Below, piece after piece: positions 41,239 to 53,859 of a stretch of 64,000 bases of DNA; the stretch's first letter is position 1, and each line of letters starts with the position of its first letter. The stretch comes from Eledone cirrhosa. Its lineage: Eukaryota. The notes beneath the pieces were generated by a model, which was not told the DNA's origin, ran no database searches, and saw nothing but the letters and a program-made list of their open reading frames with translations. Position numbers and translations under genes: made by a program. The stretch is taken from the NCBI GenBank assembly GCA_964016885.1, contig OZ024740.1, positions 217,310,001 through 217,374,000 of the forward strand. Reading direction: 5' to 3'.

Positions 41239-41477
41239 TTATTTTTTTTATATATATGTGTGTGTGTGTATGTGTGTGTGTGTGTGTATATATATCTTTG
41301 TATATGTGTATGTGTATGTTCGTGTAGGTGTATGTGTGTGTATGACTATATATGTATGTGTATGTGTGTATGTGTGTGTATATATATCTATGTGTGTGTA
41401 CATGTATGTATGTGTTTGTATGTGTATGTGTGTATGTGTATATGTATATGTATGTATATATATATATATATGTATAT

Positions 41478-41509
<32 letters not shown>

Positions 41510-41796
41510 GTTTCTCTATTTGTATATGTATATGTGTATGGGTATATACCTTTTTCTTTGTATGTCTGAGTTGTGTGAGAGTGTAGTGGTGTTTGTATGT
41601 ATATACCGATATATAGATGCGTAAGTATTTGTCTGTATGTATGTATATATGTCTGTATGTATTTGTGTGTATATATAGGTATGTATGTGTATATCTGTAT
41701 GTATATATGTATGTAAGTGTAGGTATATGTGTATGTATGTGTGTATATATAAGTGTGTCTATATAGTATGTGTGATTATATGCGTATGTATGAGTG

Positions 41797-41863
<67 letters not shown>

Positions 41864-42066
41864 GTGTATTTATATGTATGTGTGTATTTGTATCTATGTG
41901 TGTATATGTATATGTTTATATATGTGTGTGTATGTTATGTTCTATGTGTGGATGTGTGCATATGTATGTATGTGTTTGTATATGTGTATGTGTTTATGTA
42001 TATGTGTGTGTGTGCGTGTATGTATGTGTATGTGTGTATATATGTATGTATATATATATAAATATA

Positions 42067-42106
<40 letters not shown>

Positions 42107-42748
42107 CTTGATATATTTCTTTTTTCTTTTTTCTTTTTTCTTTTTCTTTTCTTTCCTTTTTAATGTTTATTTATTATTTATTATTATTTTTTATTTTCTT
42201 AGTTTATAGATACATCTATATTAAGCAGGCAGCCCAAACCGTTGAATACTGACCTCTCCCCCCCCCTCCCACCTAATTTCTGTATCTTTATCTAAATGTG
42301 TGTGCCAGTGTTTATGTGAGTGAATTAATATCCATGTGCTTAGGATTTTATATCCACATATATATATGTGAGTGGTGGTGTGTGTGTGTGTTTGTATGTT
42401 TGTAGTTTATGTGTATGTTTATGCATATACGCGCGTGTATGTGTGATTGTACGGATATGTGTTAGTATGAAAATATGTGTATACACTTATTTCATATTTA
42501 TGTATCTATACGCATCTTATCTGTGCATTATAAACTTACAGAGACATTAACCTTGAAATTTTGTATTTGCATCCATCCTTTTTGTATGAGTATACAGGTT
42601 GTGCATACATTTTTGTAAAATATGTGTAAGGGTTATTACATGTATATACACACACCGAACGGCATTAAACCTTTTGTATTTTCATTGGTCAATTTTGTTC
42701 CCAAACGGACCTGAAAGTTTGAATTGTTGTTATTATCAATAAATATAT

Positions 42749-42902
42749 TTCATTATTTCTGAAGACGGCGTATATATGTGTTGGTATGTATATTTAATCT
42801 TGATAGTTTGTATAATTTTGTATAATTTTGTACATAGATCTGTTGAATATGCATGCCAACTCTAACACATATATATCCTAGAAACGATCGTTAAATAATG
42901 AA
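42749..42902 (+). ncRNA. Hammerhead ribozyme with long stem II (right arm)
   Basis: TTCATTATTT-CTGAAGA-(~115 nt; TATATATGTGTT pairs with AACACATATATA)-GAAA-CGATCG-TT-AAATAATGAA; perfect 10-bp stem I. Confidence 0.72.
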
Positions 42903-42947
42903 CTTTTTTTGTTTAATATAAGGAATTGTTTATTCATTATTTGTTTA

Positions 42948-43059
<112 letters not shown>

Positions 43060-43601
43060 TGTGTGTGTAAGTATGCATCTACACAATCGCGCGCGCATAT
43101 ACACACATACATATATAGAAAGATATTTGTCCTCTGTTATATGTAGCTATTAAGTGTTTGAGGTCCACCTCTTGACTGCAGAAGTTGAAATTTAAATTCA
43201 GATATTTTGGGCGAGATTTCAATGTGTCATGGAAAAATATTTTAGGGAAAATCTACAAGAATTGTATTGAAACCTGATTGAAGAAATTACCATTAATTCA
43301 TTAACATTTTCACTAACAAAGTATACATTGTCTAATCTTATGTTATAAATTGTTTACAAATCACTGTTTGTAAACACATTGATTGACATGTGCAGGAAAT
43401 TACTTTCAAATATAAATAACTTGGGAATTTGTTTCCCAAGCTATTGTAATATGTCACTGGTAAAGGTGGCACCCACATCTTCAAGGATATTTCGGGGTAA
43501 ATGCTGGTTTCTTCAATGTAAAAATAAATTCAAAAGAAGTGAAAGTGAATAAATTAATGTTGTTTAATTAATTAATTCAGTTGATCACGTTGAACAGGGA
43601 T

Positions 43602-43610
43602 TATATAAAG
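43602..43610 (+). promoter_or_regulatory. TATA box of gene B
   Basis: TATATAAAG in the same position as in gene A. Confidence 0.65.
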
Positions 43611-43709
43611 CGTTCGTCTTAGACATTTGTTAAACCTGTCCTTGTTTCGATAAAATAAAGATAACGACCATCACAATTCTACAACAGGAAGATAAACCAA
43701 CTGACCACC

Positions 43710-43770
43710 ATGTTGTACGAAATTCTAGTAGTATTTGCAGCATTTTCATTCGTAAACTGCTACACCAACT
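43710..43770 (+). CDS. Gene B exon 1: signal peptide MLYEILVVFAAFSFVNCYTN
   Basis: ACCACCATG start; donor GTAAGT at 43771, phase 1. Confidence 0.88.
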
Positions 43771-44330
43771 GTAAGTAAATCATATTACTATATTTTGTAT
43801 ATTTCTTGGTTTCTTTCTTCATATTATTATGATCTCTGAGTTACACACTCTATCGAGCAACGTTACTCCAGCCGACTGATTTTACACCTGCCAGTCGTGA
43901 TACCATTTACAAAACGGCTACACATGTCAATCTTGTTCATAAAAGTAATGAACAGGAGAGTAGGCAGTATGCACCCTCGGCGGAATCCTTCTCTCTCATT
44001 TAATGGTATCGATTTAGCACCATTTGTCCGAAAATAAATTCCCCTTTATATTCGTATAGAGACATCAGAGAAGCAAGAAGCTGACAATCGATCCCATACT
44101 CCTGTAGAACCTTCTACAGCAGGTTTCGACTAAAATGCTGCTTTTCAAAATATATTTTGAAATAATTCTAGTCTACATTAATGTAATCTGGACGACAACA
44201 GAAACAAGTGAACAAAATCTCTTCTGTTGGAGACTGTTTTATGGAATCAGAAGAAGATGGTAAAAAAATAATCATATTCTATTCTAAAGAAGGGAGTCTT
44301 TAACACTGTCTCTGCTCTTAATCAAGTGTA

Positions 44331-44403
<73 letters not shown>

Positions 44404-44982
44404 TTGGAAGTGATACGTGCACGTACACTGTTTTCCGATAGATGTGTTAATACAAAGATATTGTAATAGATTCAGGTGTCCATATGTCTGTCACATTTGT
44501 TGTAATTTACTAATGTAAGAAAATATTTTGAACTAGAAAAGGTATTGCACTCAATATATAATAAGTTTTATTTAATATAAGTTTAAAACTCATTATCTTG
44601 TGAAACGACATAATATTTTTGAGGGCCCTGATTAGGACAAGAAAAAAACATTAGATATTTTAAAGAAAAGAGTTAAACATTTACATCGTTAAGTAGTATA
44701 TGTAATTGTTATAGATACAATAAAATAATACAACATTTTATGAACAAACAGAAATAATTATGATTGAAATCTAATTATCTTGCGAAACCCCAAAATGTTT
44801 TGAAGGACCTCACTGTGGAAAATACAGCATTAAATATTTGAAATTGTTTACATTAATGCCAAGAATGCATTGATATCGTTAATTATTTTTATATCTAATT
44901 GTTATAGATTCTATATAAATAGAAAAATCAATGACTTATATTAAAGCTATATATTGAGATGATAATGTTATTCTTTTTACAG

Positions 44983-46793
44983 ATGAATGTACCCATAATG
45001 GAAGAAGGTATGAAGGTGCATTTAGCATCGACTGTAACACGTGTGTGTGTCTAGAAAGTGGACGAGCGCAGTGTTCAAATAAGATATGTGACTATGGACA
45101 ACGATCAACATGTTGGTATGAAGGTAGACGTTACACAGTAGGACAGACAATCCAACAGTCATGTAATACATGTGTATGCAGAGCCAATGGTCAAATGGAT
45201 TGTACAAAGAATACATGTCAGTGTACATATAAAGGACAAAATTACAATATTGGCCAGAGGTTTAATGAGGATTGCAACCAATGTGAATGTTTATCTAGTG
45301 GTATTGTACGGTGTTCTAACAAACAATGTCAATGTTTTGCCAATGGAAGAACATATCCAGTGGGGGCTACCTTTCAAAGGGAATGTAACACTTGCAAGTG
45401 TGACATTAACGGCAGAATAGTGTGTTCTGACAACATATGTAAATGTTTTGAAAATGGAAGATCTTACCCCATTGGTGCTACATTTAGCAAGGATTGCAAT
45501 ACATGCACATGTCAACAACATGGACAGGTCCGATGTACAAATAACCCGTGTCAATGTACACATAAAGGACAGGTTTATCAAGTTCGTCAAAGATTTAATG
45601 ATGATTGCAACCAATGTGAATGTTTATCTAGCGGTACAGTGCAGTGTTCTAACAAGGCATGTCAATGTTTTGAAAATGGAAGATCTTACCCCATTGGTGC
45701 TACATTTAGCAAGGACTGCAATACATGCACATGTCAAATAGATGGTCGTATACAGTGTACAAGCAACCCATGTACTTGCACCTATAACAATATGGCTTAT
45801 AATTTCGGACAACAATTCAGGAAAGGTTGTAACACCTGCACTTGTCAACAAAATGGACAGGTCCAATGTACAAATAAACCATGTCAATGTACACATAAAG
45901 GACAGGTTTATCAAGTTCGTCAAAGATTTAATGATGATTGCAACCAATGTGAATGTTTATCTAGTGGTATAGTGCAGTGCTCTAACAAGCCATGTCAATG
46001 TTTTGAAAATGGAAGATCTTACCCCATTGGTGCTACATTTAGCAAGGACTGCAATACATGCACATGTCAACAAAATGGACAGTTCCAATGTACAAATAAC
46101 CCCTGTCAATGTACACATAAAGGACAGGTTTATCAAATTCGTCAAAGATTTAACGAGGATTGCAACCAATGTGAATGTTTATCTAGTGGTACAGTGCAGT
46201 GTTCTAACAAACCATGTAAATGTTTTGAAAATGGAAGATCTTACCCCATCGGTGCTACATTTAGCAAAGACTGCAATACATGCACATGTCAAATAGATGG
46301 TCGTATACAGTGTACAAACAACCCATGTACTTGCACCTACAACAATATGGTCTATAATTTCGGCCAACAAATCAGGAACGGTTGTAATACCTGCACTTGT
46401 CAACAAAATGGACAGGTCCAATGTACAAATTACCCTTGTCAATGTACATACAACGGTAAACGTTATGATGTTGGTTCTATATTTTACAATGATTGCAACA
46501 AATGTCAGTGCCATGATGATGGAAGAGTCCAATGTGAACAGAAAATATGCTCCAAACCATGCGTATTCAACGGAAAAACCTATTCTGTAGGAGAATCGTT
46601 TAAAAATGACTGCAATACATGTACATGTGGACAGTTTGGTCAAGTAGGATGTACTAAAATGTACTGTCCTAAAACATGCCAATACAACGGAAAAATCTAC
46701 ACAGCTGACCAAATATTCAAGGCTCAAGATAATTGCAATACATGTCGATGTTCAGCTGGGTTGGTGAAGTGTACCAACTTAATATGTGGTCAA
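44983..46793 (+). CDS. Gene B exon 2: 16 tandem 6-Cys pacifastin-like/half-VWC modules (~628 aa spliced)
   Basis: Acceptor AG at 44981-44982, open frame, donor GTGAGT at 46794; exactly 111 bp shorter than gene A exon 2. Confidence 0.93.
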
Positions 46794-47723
46794 GTGAGTA
46801 TGGTTTTTATTACTCTTTTATTGTCTCAAATATTTACAATTCTATCTTTCCTCTTATGTAATTTGTAGTCCTTTAGACACATTACATAAAGATATCATTA
46901 CAATTTCCCTGTGTAATTACTGCTGTGATATAAGAAACAGGGAACATCATCATTAGCATAGCTACCATTTAGTGAATGTTTGTTAGAGTATGACAGAGGT
47001 GATGGCATTCATTCATTGCTCACTTGTGACCGATTAGATTAATTTTAATAATCTTTCACATAAATTGCTGCAAGTTGATACCGGTAGGTATGACGGGAAC
47101 ATGGAGAAAATTCGAGAAGGCGGAAAATCTCTGTAGTAAAGGTAACGTGTAGAGGGTTTCTGTGGACCCTGGTGGGCAGACACATTATGAGTGATAAGAA
47201 ATGGAGATACGATTGAGTTGGAATTGTCTGAGTGGAGGTGACATGAAACCAACGATCTTAGAAACTCTACACCATTGTAGTAGCAGTAGGAAGGTTAATG
47301 AAATAAGTCGTTACGACAGTGATTAAGAGACTGGGGTGTGGCCTTATCCAATTAGTCAAGAACATTTATCTGGATGTAGAACATCATATCTCCAGTCGTA
47401 TGTCAAATAGATGGCAATGTTATAGTCACTTTTATATAACTATGAAATATATATTCTCTTTCAAAGAAATGCTTCAGTAGGAATGTTATTGGACTTACCA
47501 ACATTCTGGTTAAAGGTTCAAACGTTCACTGCTGTTTCGTTTAATTTCCAACTAAGGGAGTTAATTCAACGTAACTTCGTTCCTTTATTTATCGCTAATA
47601 TATATGTATATCGATATGTTAAGGAATTTTACCTATATCTAAATTGTTATATTTTGTAAGTTATTTATTTGATATTGTTTCAATATCAATAGTAATACAA
47701 TATAAAACTTTATTTCATTACAG

Positions 47724-47738
47724 ACTGGATACTACTAA
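47724..47738 (+). CDS. Gene B exon 3 coding part (TGYY-stop)
   Basis: Acceptor CAG at 47721-47723; AATAAA at 47977. Confidence 0.7.
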   Translation, partial: TGYY

Positions 47739-47791
47739 AGAACACAACAGGCTGCTTTCTGATTCGGGATAATTATGTTTCTGAATAATTG

Positions 47792-47890
47792 TTTCTACTT
47801 TTTAGGCACAAGGCCAGCAATTAACCAGTGCATCACTGGTACTTTATTTTATCGACCCCGTAAGGATGAAAGGCAAAGTCAACCTCGGCT
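47792..47890 (-). mobile_element. SINE inserted in the 3' UTR of gene B only
   Basis: Absent at the paralogous site (~12781). Flanked by AATAATTG at 47784-47791 and 47891-47898. Confidence 0.85.
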
Positions 47891-48050
47891 AATAATTGCA
47901 ATTTCTTTTAATAATAATTGCAATTTTTGTGAATAATAATTGTAAATTTTGTAAATAATAATTTAAATATTTTTTTAATAAAATAAACAAACATACAACA
48001 ACAATTTATTGTTTTCCTAGATTCTTCTTCTTGTTCTTCTTATTATTATT

Positions 48051-50753
48051 GGTCTAATCGGACGACTTTTTGCTCGCTTCTGTAAGTCTCCTTATTTACC
48101 TGCCATAATTATTTATTGTTAAATTTTTGTTGTTTTGTAAAGGATATAAGCCCTTGGACTTTGCCCTGTCAAGGGAAAAGTACAATATTCGAACCTTTTA
48201 CATTTAAAAATTATCGAAAAAAAAAACATGGCTGAGCCATGCGCCCAACGGTATGTCTTGCTGACGTGCGACAACGACGCAAAAGTTGAGAGGAGGGTTA
48301 CGCCGAACACAGAAATTGATACAACAAACACCACCACAAACAACGTGAACACAGACAGCAATGACAAGAAGATTGAGAACACTAATTAAAAAAAAAATGA
48401 CCACACAAACCACAACAGTAACAGCGACAACCAAAATACAGACAACAGAAAAAATGACAACAAATGCAACAACAATATTAACACCACTAACATGAAAACA
48501 AATAGCGACAACACGAACAGCAATGATACAAATTGTACCGAGAACAACAACAACGGCAGAACCAAAGACACAACCAACTGCAACAGTGACAACAGCAACA
48601 ACACCAACAACATCATTTGTAGCAACAGCAACAGCACAAACAACAAGACCAGTAGCAGCAGTAGTGGCGGCAACAATGATGCCAATGAAAAAGGGACCAT
48701 CTCTTTTGCAAAGGTGGCTCGCAACGTAGAAACGGTCCTGGTTACAGAGGAGGAGATGGCGGTCGCAAGACACATGGTAACCAGAACTGAATTTTCAGTG
48801 TCCTTGATACCACCAACCGACTTCCTGGGGGAACAAGAGCGACGCACAGTGTCATACCGCACGATTGCCACGAAATCGCGTCGTGAGGAGAGAGCCTCGG
48901 AGGCCCAAATCCAGAAGGCCTTGGGAAATGTGTGATCACGGTAAACCCACATCACCCGAGGCAAGAAATATGCTACTGTGGACCTTCTTTTTGCTACCAC
49001 CAGGAAGCAAAATCACACTCACTGAGGACCTTACGAAGTGATGACATAATGTTAGTCCCGTTTTACTGCGGGAAAATAAATTGCAACGGTCAGGGTAACC
49101 CAGGTTCCGCCCTACGTACCCATGCCTTGGCTGGTCGTGTCTGTTCTTGCAGGAACAGAAGTGGAGGAGAGAGGACTGGTCAGGTATTGGAATGGAGATG
49201 CTTATCCCAACCGACCAGGATTGCATCAGCGCTATTCCCGACGTTATAGACCTATGGAATGGCTCCCAACTTCCCATATCTGTAGAAGGCAGGTGCCCAA
49301 AGTGTTTCAACTATGGATTGAAGTTTCACCTCAAGGCCTTCTGCCCAGAGAAAATAACAAAGGCGAAGTTTCCGCCGCCACAACCCCTTCCAACGCCGGA
49401 ACCGCTGCCATCAGAAACAGAGCAGTCAGCGAAAATGTCAGGAGCTTCCACAGAGAGTAGGAAGACAACGTCCGTGGCACCCACACCAAATCCACGGACA
49501 ACAAAAACAGCGGCGACAGCTGCAGCATCAGAACCAGGTTCCACCATCACAAACAACAACGCGCTTTTTGTGGAAGGGACGTTCTCCCATGGTCAGACGA
49601 TCCATTTGCTGTCAACACCCGTTGCGTGGAGGACTAGTCTTGCCGTGGCTGATGATGTGCAAACATACGCTGGGGCTGCGACCTATCTGGTGCTTCCTTG
49701 ACGGTGAACAGGTGTGGTCGCCGTTAGCCAGACGCGCTTTTCCCCATCTCGTCTTCTTGATGGAGCTGTAGTCTTGATGGAGCTGCAGGCGCTCACCACC
49801 CTCTACCAGCTGGACACTGATATCAGTAGGACAGCCACCTCGGCGTTCTATAGCGGGCTAGTGGAAGTGAAGAGTGACAACGTTCTCTGGGAGACCCTGG
49901 GCGTCGAAGACGATAAGCTGTTCGCTCTCTTCAAGAGAACTTTCAGCCCGGGGCCTTTGGACAACTTCCAGAAATCCTTGGCCTGGTAGTGCTACCGGGG
50001 AGCGTTGCCGGTTCGGGATAAGCTCTACAGGCACGGAGGTGCTGTCAGCCGATCCTGTGTGAGATGCGCGCAGGGCGACGAAACCGCCCTGCACGCACTC
50101 GTTCTATGCCCGAGGATTGCTGACTTGTGGAGCTATGTCAAACAGTTGCTGTCGCGTGTGGGACATAACAGGTTATCGTCTGAGTTCATTGTGCAGATAG
50201 CCCCTCCATCCTCCTTTAAAGAGGTGGAAGGACATGTAGTTTTCATCTGCCTGGTGGCCATGGCGAAAGAGATTGTGTGGTGGACAAGGTTGAAAGGGTT
50301 GAAGACGCACACTTTCCTCTCCGGCCAATCCCTTATTAACTTCTTCAAGTTTCACTTGAAGAGGAAAATCAGGGTGGAGAGGTAAGTGCTGTCTTCTAGT
50401 AAGTTTGTTGAAAGGTGGGTGAAAGTGGCGAGTGTGCTCCGAGAAAACGGGCCCGCTCTGAGTATGCACCTGTAGACTGAGGAGTGGGACAACTGAGAGA
50501 GGGCGCTTGCCCTGGTAGTCAGGGTGGCCGTGGTCTTTTGTGTGGTTTTCGCCACGAGTAACCCTCGGACGTTTCCCATCTTTTGGGGAATTTTTGTTGT
50601 TTTAATTTTTTAATTTGTTTTTATACGTTTCCGTCTTGTTATAACCTTTTTACACGGCCAAAACCCACTTTGTATCGTCCTGTACCGTCCTCAGCCGTCT
50701 GTATTTTTTTCCTCATGTTAGCGCTTGTGGCCAATAAAGAAACCATTATTATT
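48051..50753 (+). mobile_element. L1/Tx1-like LINE with a large internal deletion (5' UTR, ORF1 part, ORF2 3' end, tail)
   Basis: ORF1 homology to ~49560, then ORF2 C-terminus (CVRC..ETALHALVLC), AATAAA and (ATT)n tail. (ATT)n is also present at the 5' flank. Confidence 0.87.
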
Positions 50754-52218
50754 GCAGCCTCATATATTCAGGACGTATCGGAGGGTTCTTGCTGTTCCCA
50801 GCAAGCATGCCTTTTGAAGAGTTCCAAAAGGCGGGGCTGGACTAATCTTCTTTAACCATCCCTGGAAACTCTTTGAGATAGTACCTAATGTGCCTATGAC
50901 AATCGGAACGACCTTGACTTCATGGCAGTTCCAAATCCTTTTTACCTCCCACTTTAAGTCCTGGTATCGGTTAATTTTCTCCCTCTCCTTTTCTTGCACT
51001 CTCGTGTCAAATGAGCAGGCTACATCTACAAGGAGGCACGATCTTTTTTCCTTGTCCAAAACCACCAGGTCAGGCCCATTGTGTTCTAATTTCTGTATCC
51101 TAAAATCCTAAAATCCCATAGCACCTTCACCTGATTGTTGCCTATCACATCATGTCTCCAGCCTTTATAGTGAGTCTGTGCTAGGTGTTTACACTCGGAT
51201 ACAATGTGAGCGACAGTCTCCTCTCTCTCTCCACAGATCCTACACAGTGCGCTAGCCTCCCCCTTGTCAATATGGTGCTTCACCCACTTTGTTCTGAGGG
51301 CTTGCTCTTGCGCAGCCATTAGCATTCCTTCTGTAGCTTTTTTAAGGTCTCCTCTTTTTAACCAGTTCCATGTCTGTGGATATCTAAATTCAGTTTTCTT
51401 AAAGAAGGTACTATGAAGGGATTTTTCATGAAGGTTGCTCTTCCTCCTCGTTGTTATTTCCTCCTTGGACATCCCCTGGTCTATTGTCTCCTCCTTCAGT
51501 ACAATTTTGAGCATTGGCTCCCTACTGTCAGTCACGTATTTGTACAGGTTGTTTTTCTCCCTCTGAACACAGTCCTTTATGCTGATAAGACCTCTTCCAC
51601 CTTCAGATCTCTTTAAGTAGAGTCTATCTACATCACTCCTCTTGTGGAACATGTTGTAGATAGTCAATAGCTTCCTAGTCTTCTATCCATTTCTTTTTGA
51701 TCAGCAACATTCCATTTCAGAATTCCCGCACTGTACCTAATAATAGACACAGCTCGGGAATTCTCTGCACTTATGACATTCCTACTATTTAGACATGATT
51801 TTAATACGTTCCTTACTCTCCGAATGTACTCAGATCTTCTCAATTCCTTCATGTTTTTGTTCTTGATGTCATATTCCTCCAGAACGCCTAAATATTTGTA
51901 TCCCTCTTCAGTGTCAATTTCCTTTTTCATCCCACCTGTTGGTACCTGGATTCCCTTGCTTCTGCTCAATTTACCCCTCTTCATCAAAGGGACTCCACAC
52001 TTATTAATACCAAATTCCATACATATATCATGCCTCGAGGTCTTCAAGGTGGCAGATAACATCAGACAGTTGTTGAGCAAACGTATGAAGTCCTGGAAAT
52101 AGAGTTAACATCGGGTGGAGAATCCTTGGGAGGCGTGAAGACCAAGAGAGGTATCTTCCAGGGAGATAGTTTGTCCCCTTTGCTGTTTATCCTTGCGCTG
52201 ATACCCCTGACCGTTATA
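50754..52218 (-). mobile_element. Degraded R4/Dong-type RLE retrotransposon with inverted 5' piece
   Basis: Minus strand: DICMEFGINKC, YKYLGV, GGRGL, CRIC..ETVAHIVSEC, VDVAC..KINRYQDL. Plus strand ~52030-52218: GIFQGDSLSPLLF. Confidence 0.85.
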
Positions 52219-53693
52219 TTGCTCAGGGTCTGGTTCAGACCGGACCTCCAGATGGAGAAAAACTGGAGCGAGGTGACGAGCAAGGTGGCCTCCCTCACTC
52301 AGAAATGGGCTGAGAGGAAGCTGTCCCTGAAAGGCCGGGCGGAGGTGGCGAATACGTACATCACATCCGTCATTTGCTACCGCCTCACAGTCGTCCCTTG
52401 CCCCGGCCCGACTCTCACCAAAATGGAGTGCCTCCTCTTCCGCTTTTTGTGGAAGGGACGCGCTCCCATGGTCAGACGATCCATCTGCTGTCAACAACCG
52501 TTGCGTGGAGGACTGGGCATGCCATGGCTGATGATGCGCAAACATGCGCTGAGACTGCGACATCTCTGGTGCTTCCTTGACGGTGAAGAGGTGTGGTTGC
52601 CGTTCGCCAGGCACGTTTTCCCACAGCTCGTCTCCTTGACGGAGCTGCAGTCCTGGGTTAGGAAAAGACCGAGCGATAGCGCTTGGAAACTGGAATGTCT
52701 CCAGGCGCTCACTGCCCTCTGCCAGCTGGGCACCAGTATCGGTGGAACATCCACCTCGGCGTTCTATAGAGGACTAGTGGAGGGGAAGGGCGACGACGTT
52801 CTCGGAGAGATCCTGGGCGTCGAAGAAGATCAGCTGTTTGCTCTCTTCCGGAGAACTTTCAGCCCAAGGCCTATGGATAACTTTCAAAAATATCTGGCCT
52901 GGCCGTGCCACCGGGGAGCGTTGCCGTCAGCCGAGCCTGTCCGAGATGCGCGCAGAGCGACGAAACAGTCATGCACGCACTCGTTCAGTGCCCGAGCATT
53001 GCTGACTTGTGGAGCTATATCGAACAGTTGCTGTCGCGTGTAGGACTGATCCGGTTATCGTCTGAGTCCATTATGCAGATGGTCTCGCCGTCCTTCGAGG
53101 AGGAAGGGCAGGCGGTTTTCATCTGCCTGGTGGCCATGGCGAAAGAGATTGTGTGGTGGACAAGGTTGAAAGGGTTAAATACAGATACTTTCCTCTTCGG
53201 CGAATCCCTAATTAACTTTTTCAAGTTTCACTTGAAGAGGAAAATCAGGGTGGAGAGACAAGTGGAGAGACAAGTGGAGAGACAAGTGGAGAGACAAGTT
53301 TGTTGAAAGGTGGGTGAATGTAGCGAGAATGGTCCGAGTGAACGGGACCGCTCTGAATATACGCCTGTAGTTTGAGAGATGGAAACATTGAGAGAGGGCG
53401 CTTGCCCTGGTGGTCAGGGTGGTCGTGGTCTTTTGTGTGGTTTTCGCCACGCGTAACCCTCGGAGGTTTCCCCCCTATTTGGGAATTTTTCATTGTTTCA
53501 ATTTTCAATTTTATTGTTTATATATATATATGTTTCTATGTCTTTTTCTTTTTCTTTTCTTATATAAATAATAAAATCTTTACACGAACAAAACCCATAT
53601 CGTACCGTCCTGTACCGTCCTGTGGCGTCTGTAATGTTTTTCTTGATGTCAGCCCTTGTGGCCAATAAAGAAATTATTATTATTATTATTATT
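52219..53693 (+). mobile_element. L1/Tx1-like LINE 3' fragment with (ATT)n tail
   Basis: Homologous to 63396-64000 and to ~49560-50753; contains a 12-bp GTGGAGAGACAA tandem expansion. Confidence 0.88.
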
Positions 53694-53852
53694 GTTTTTT
53701 GAATCTCAGTCATTGATGTTAGTTAACTGGAAAGTTTGTTGAAATGAATATCAAGCCACTACCTGCAGCCTCAGATATTCAGGACGTATCGGAGGGTTCT
53801 TGCTGTTCCCAGAAAGCATGCCTTTTGAAGCGTTCCAAAAAGCGGGGCGCGG
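53694..53852 (-). mobile_element. Short 3' end of the R4/Dong-type family seen at 50754
   Basis: ~53765-53850 matches 50754-50840 (LQKACLLGTARTLRYVLNI-like) and adds a 3' UTR that runs into the (AAT)n tract. Confidence 0.75.
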
Positions 53853-53859
53853 CCAAAAT

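Larger units (their letters stand above)
43120..49330 (+). repeat. Segmental duplication copy B
   Basis: Paralogous to 7672-14210. Lacks ~365 bp of intron 1 and has an extra SINE in the 3' UTR. Confidence 0.92.
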
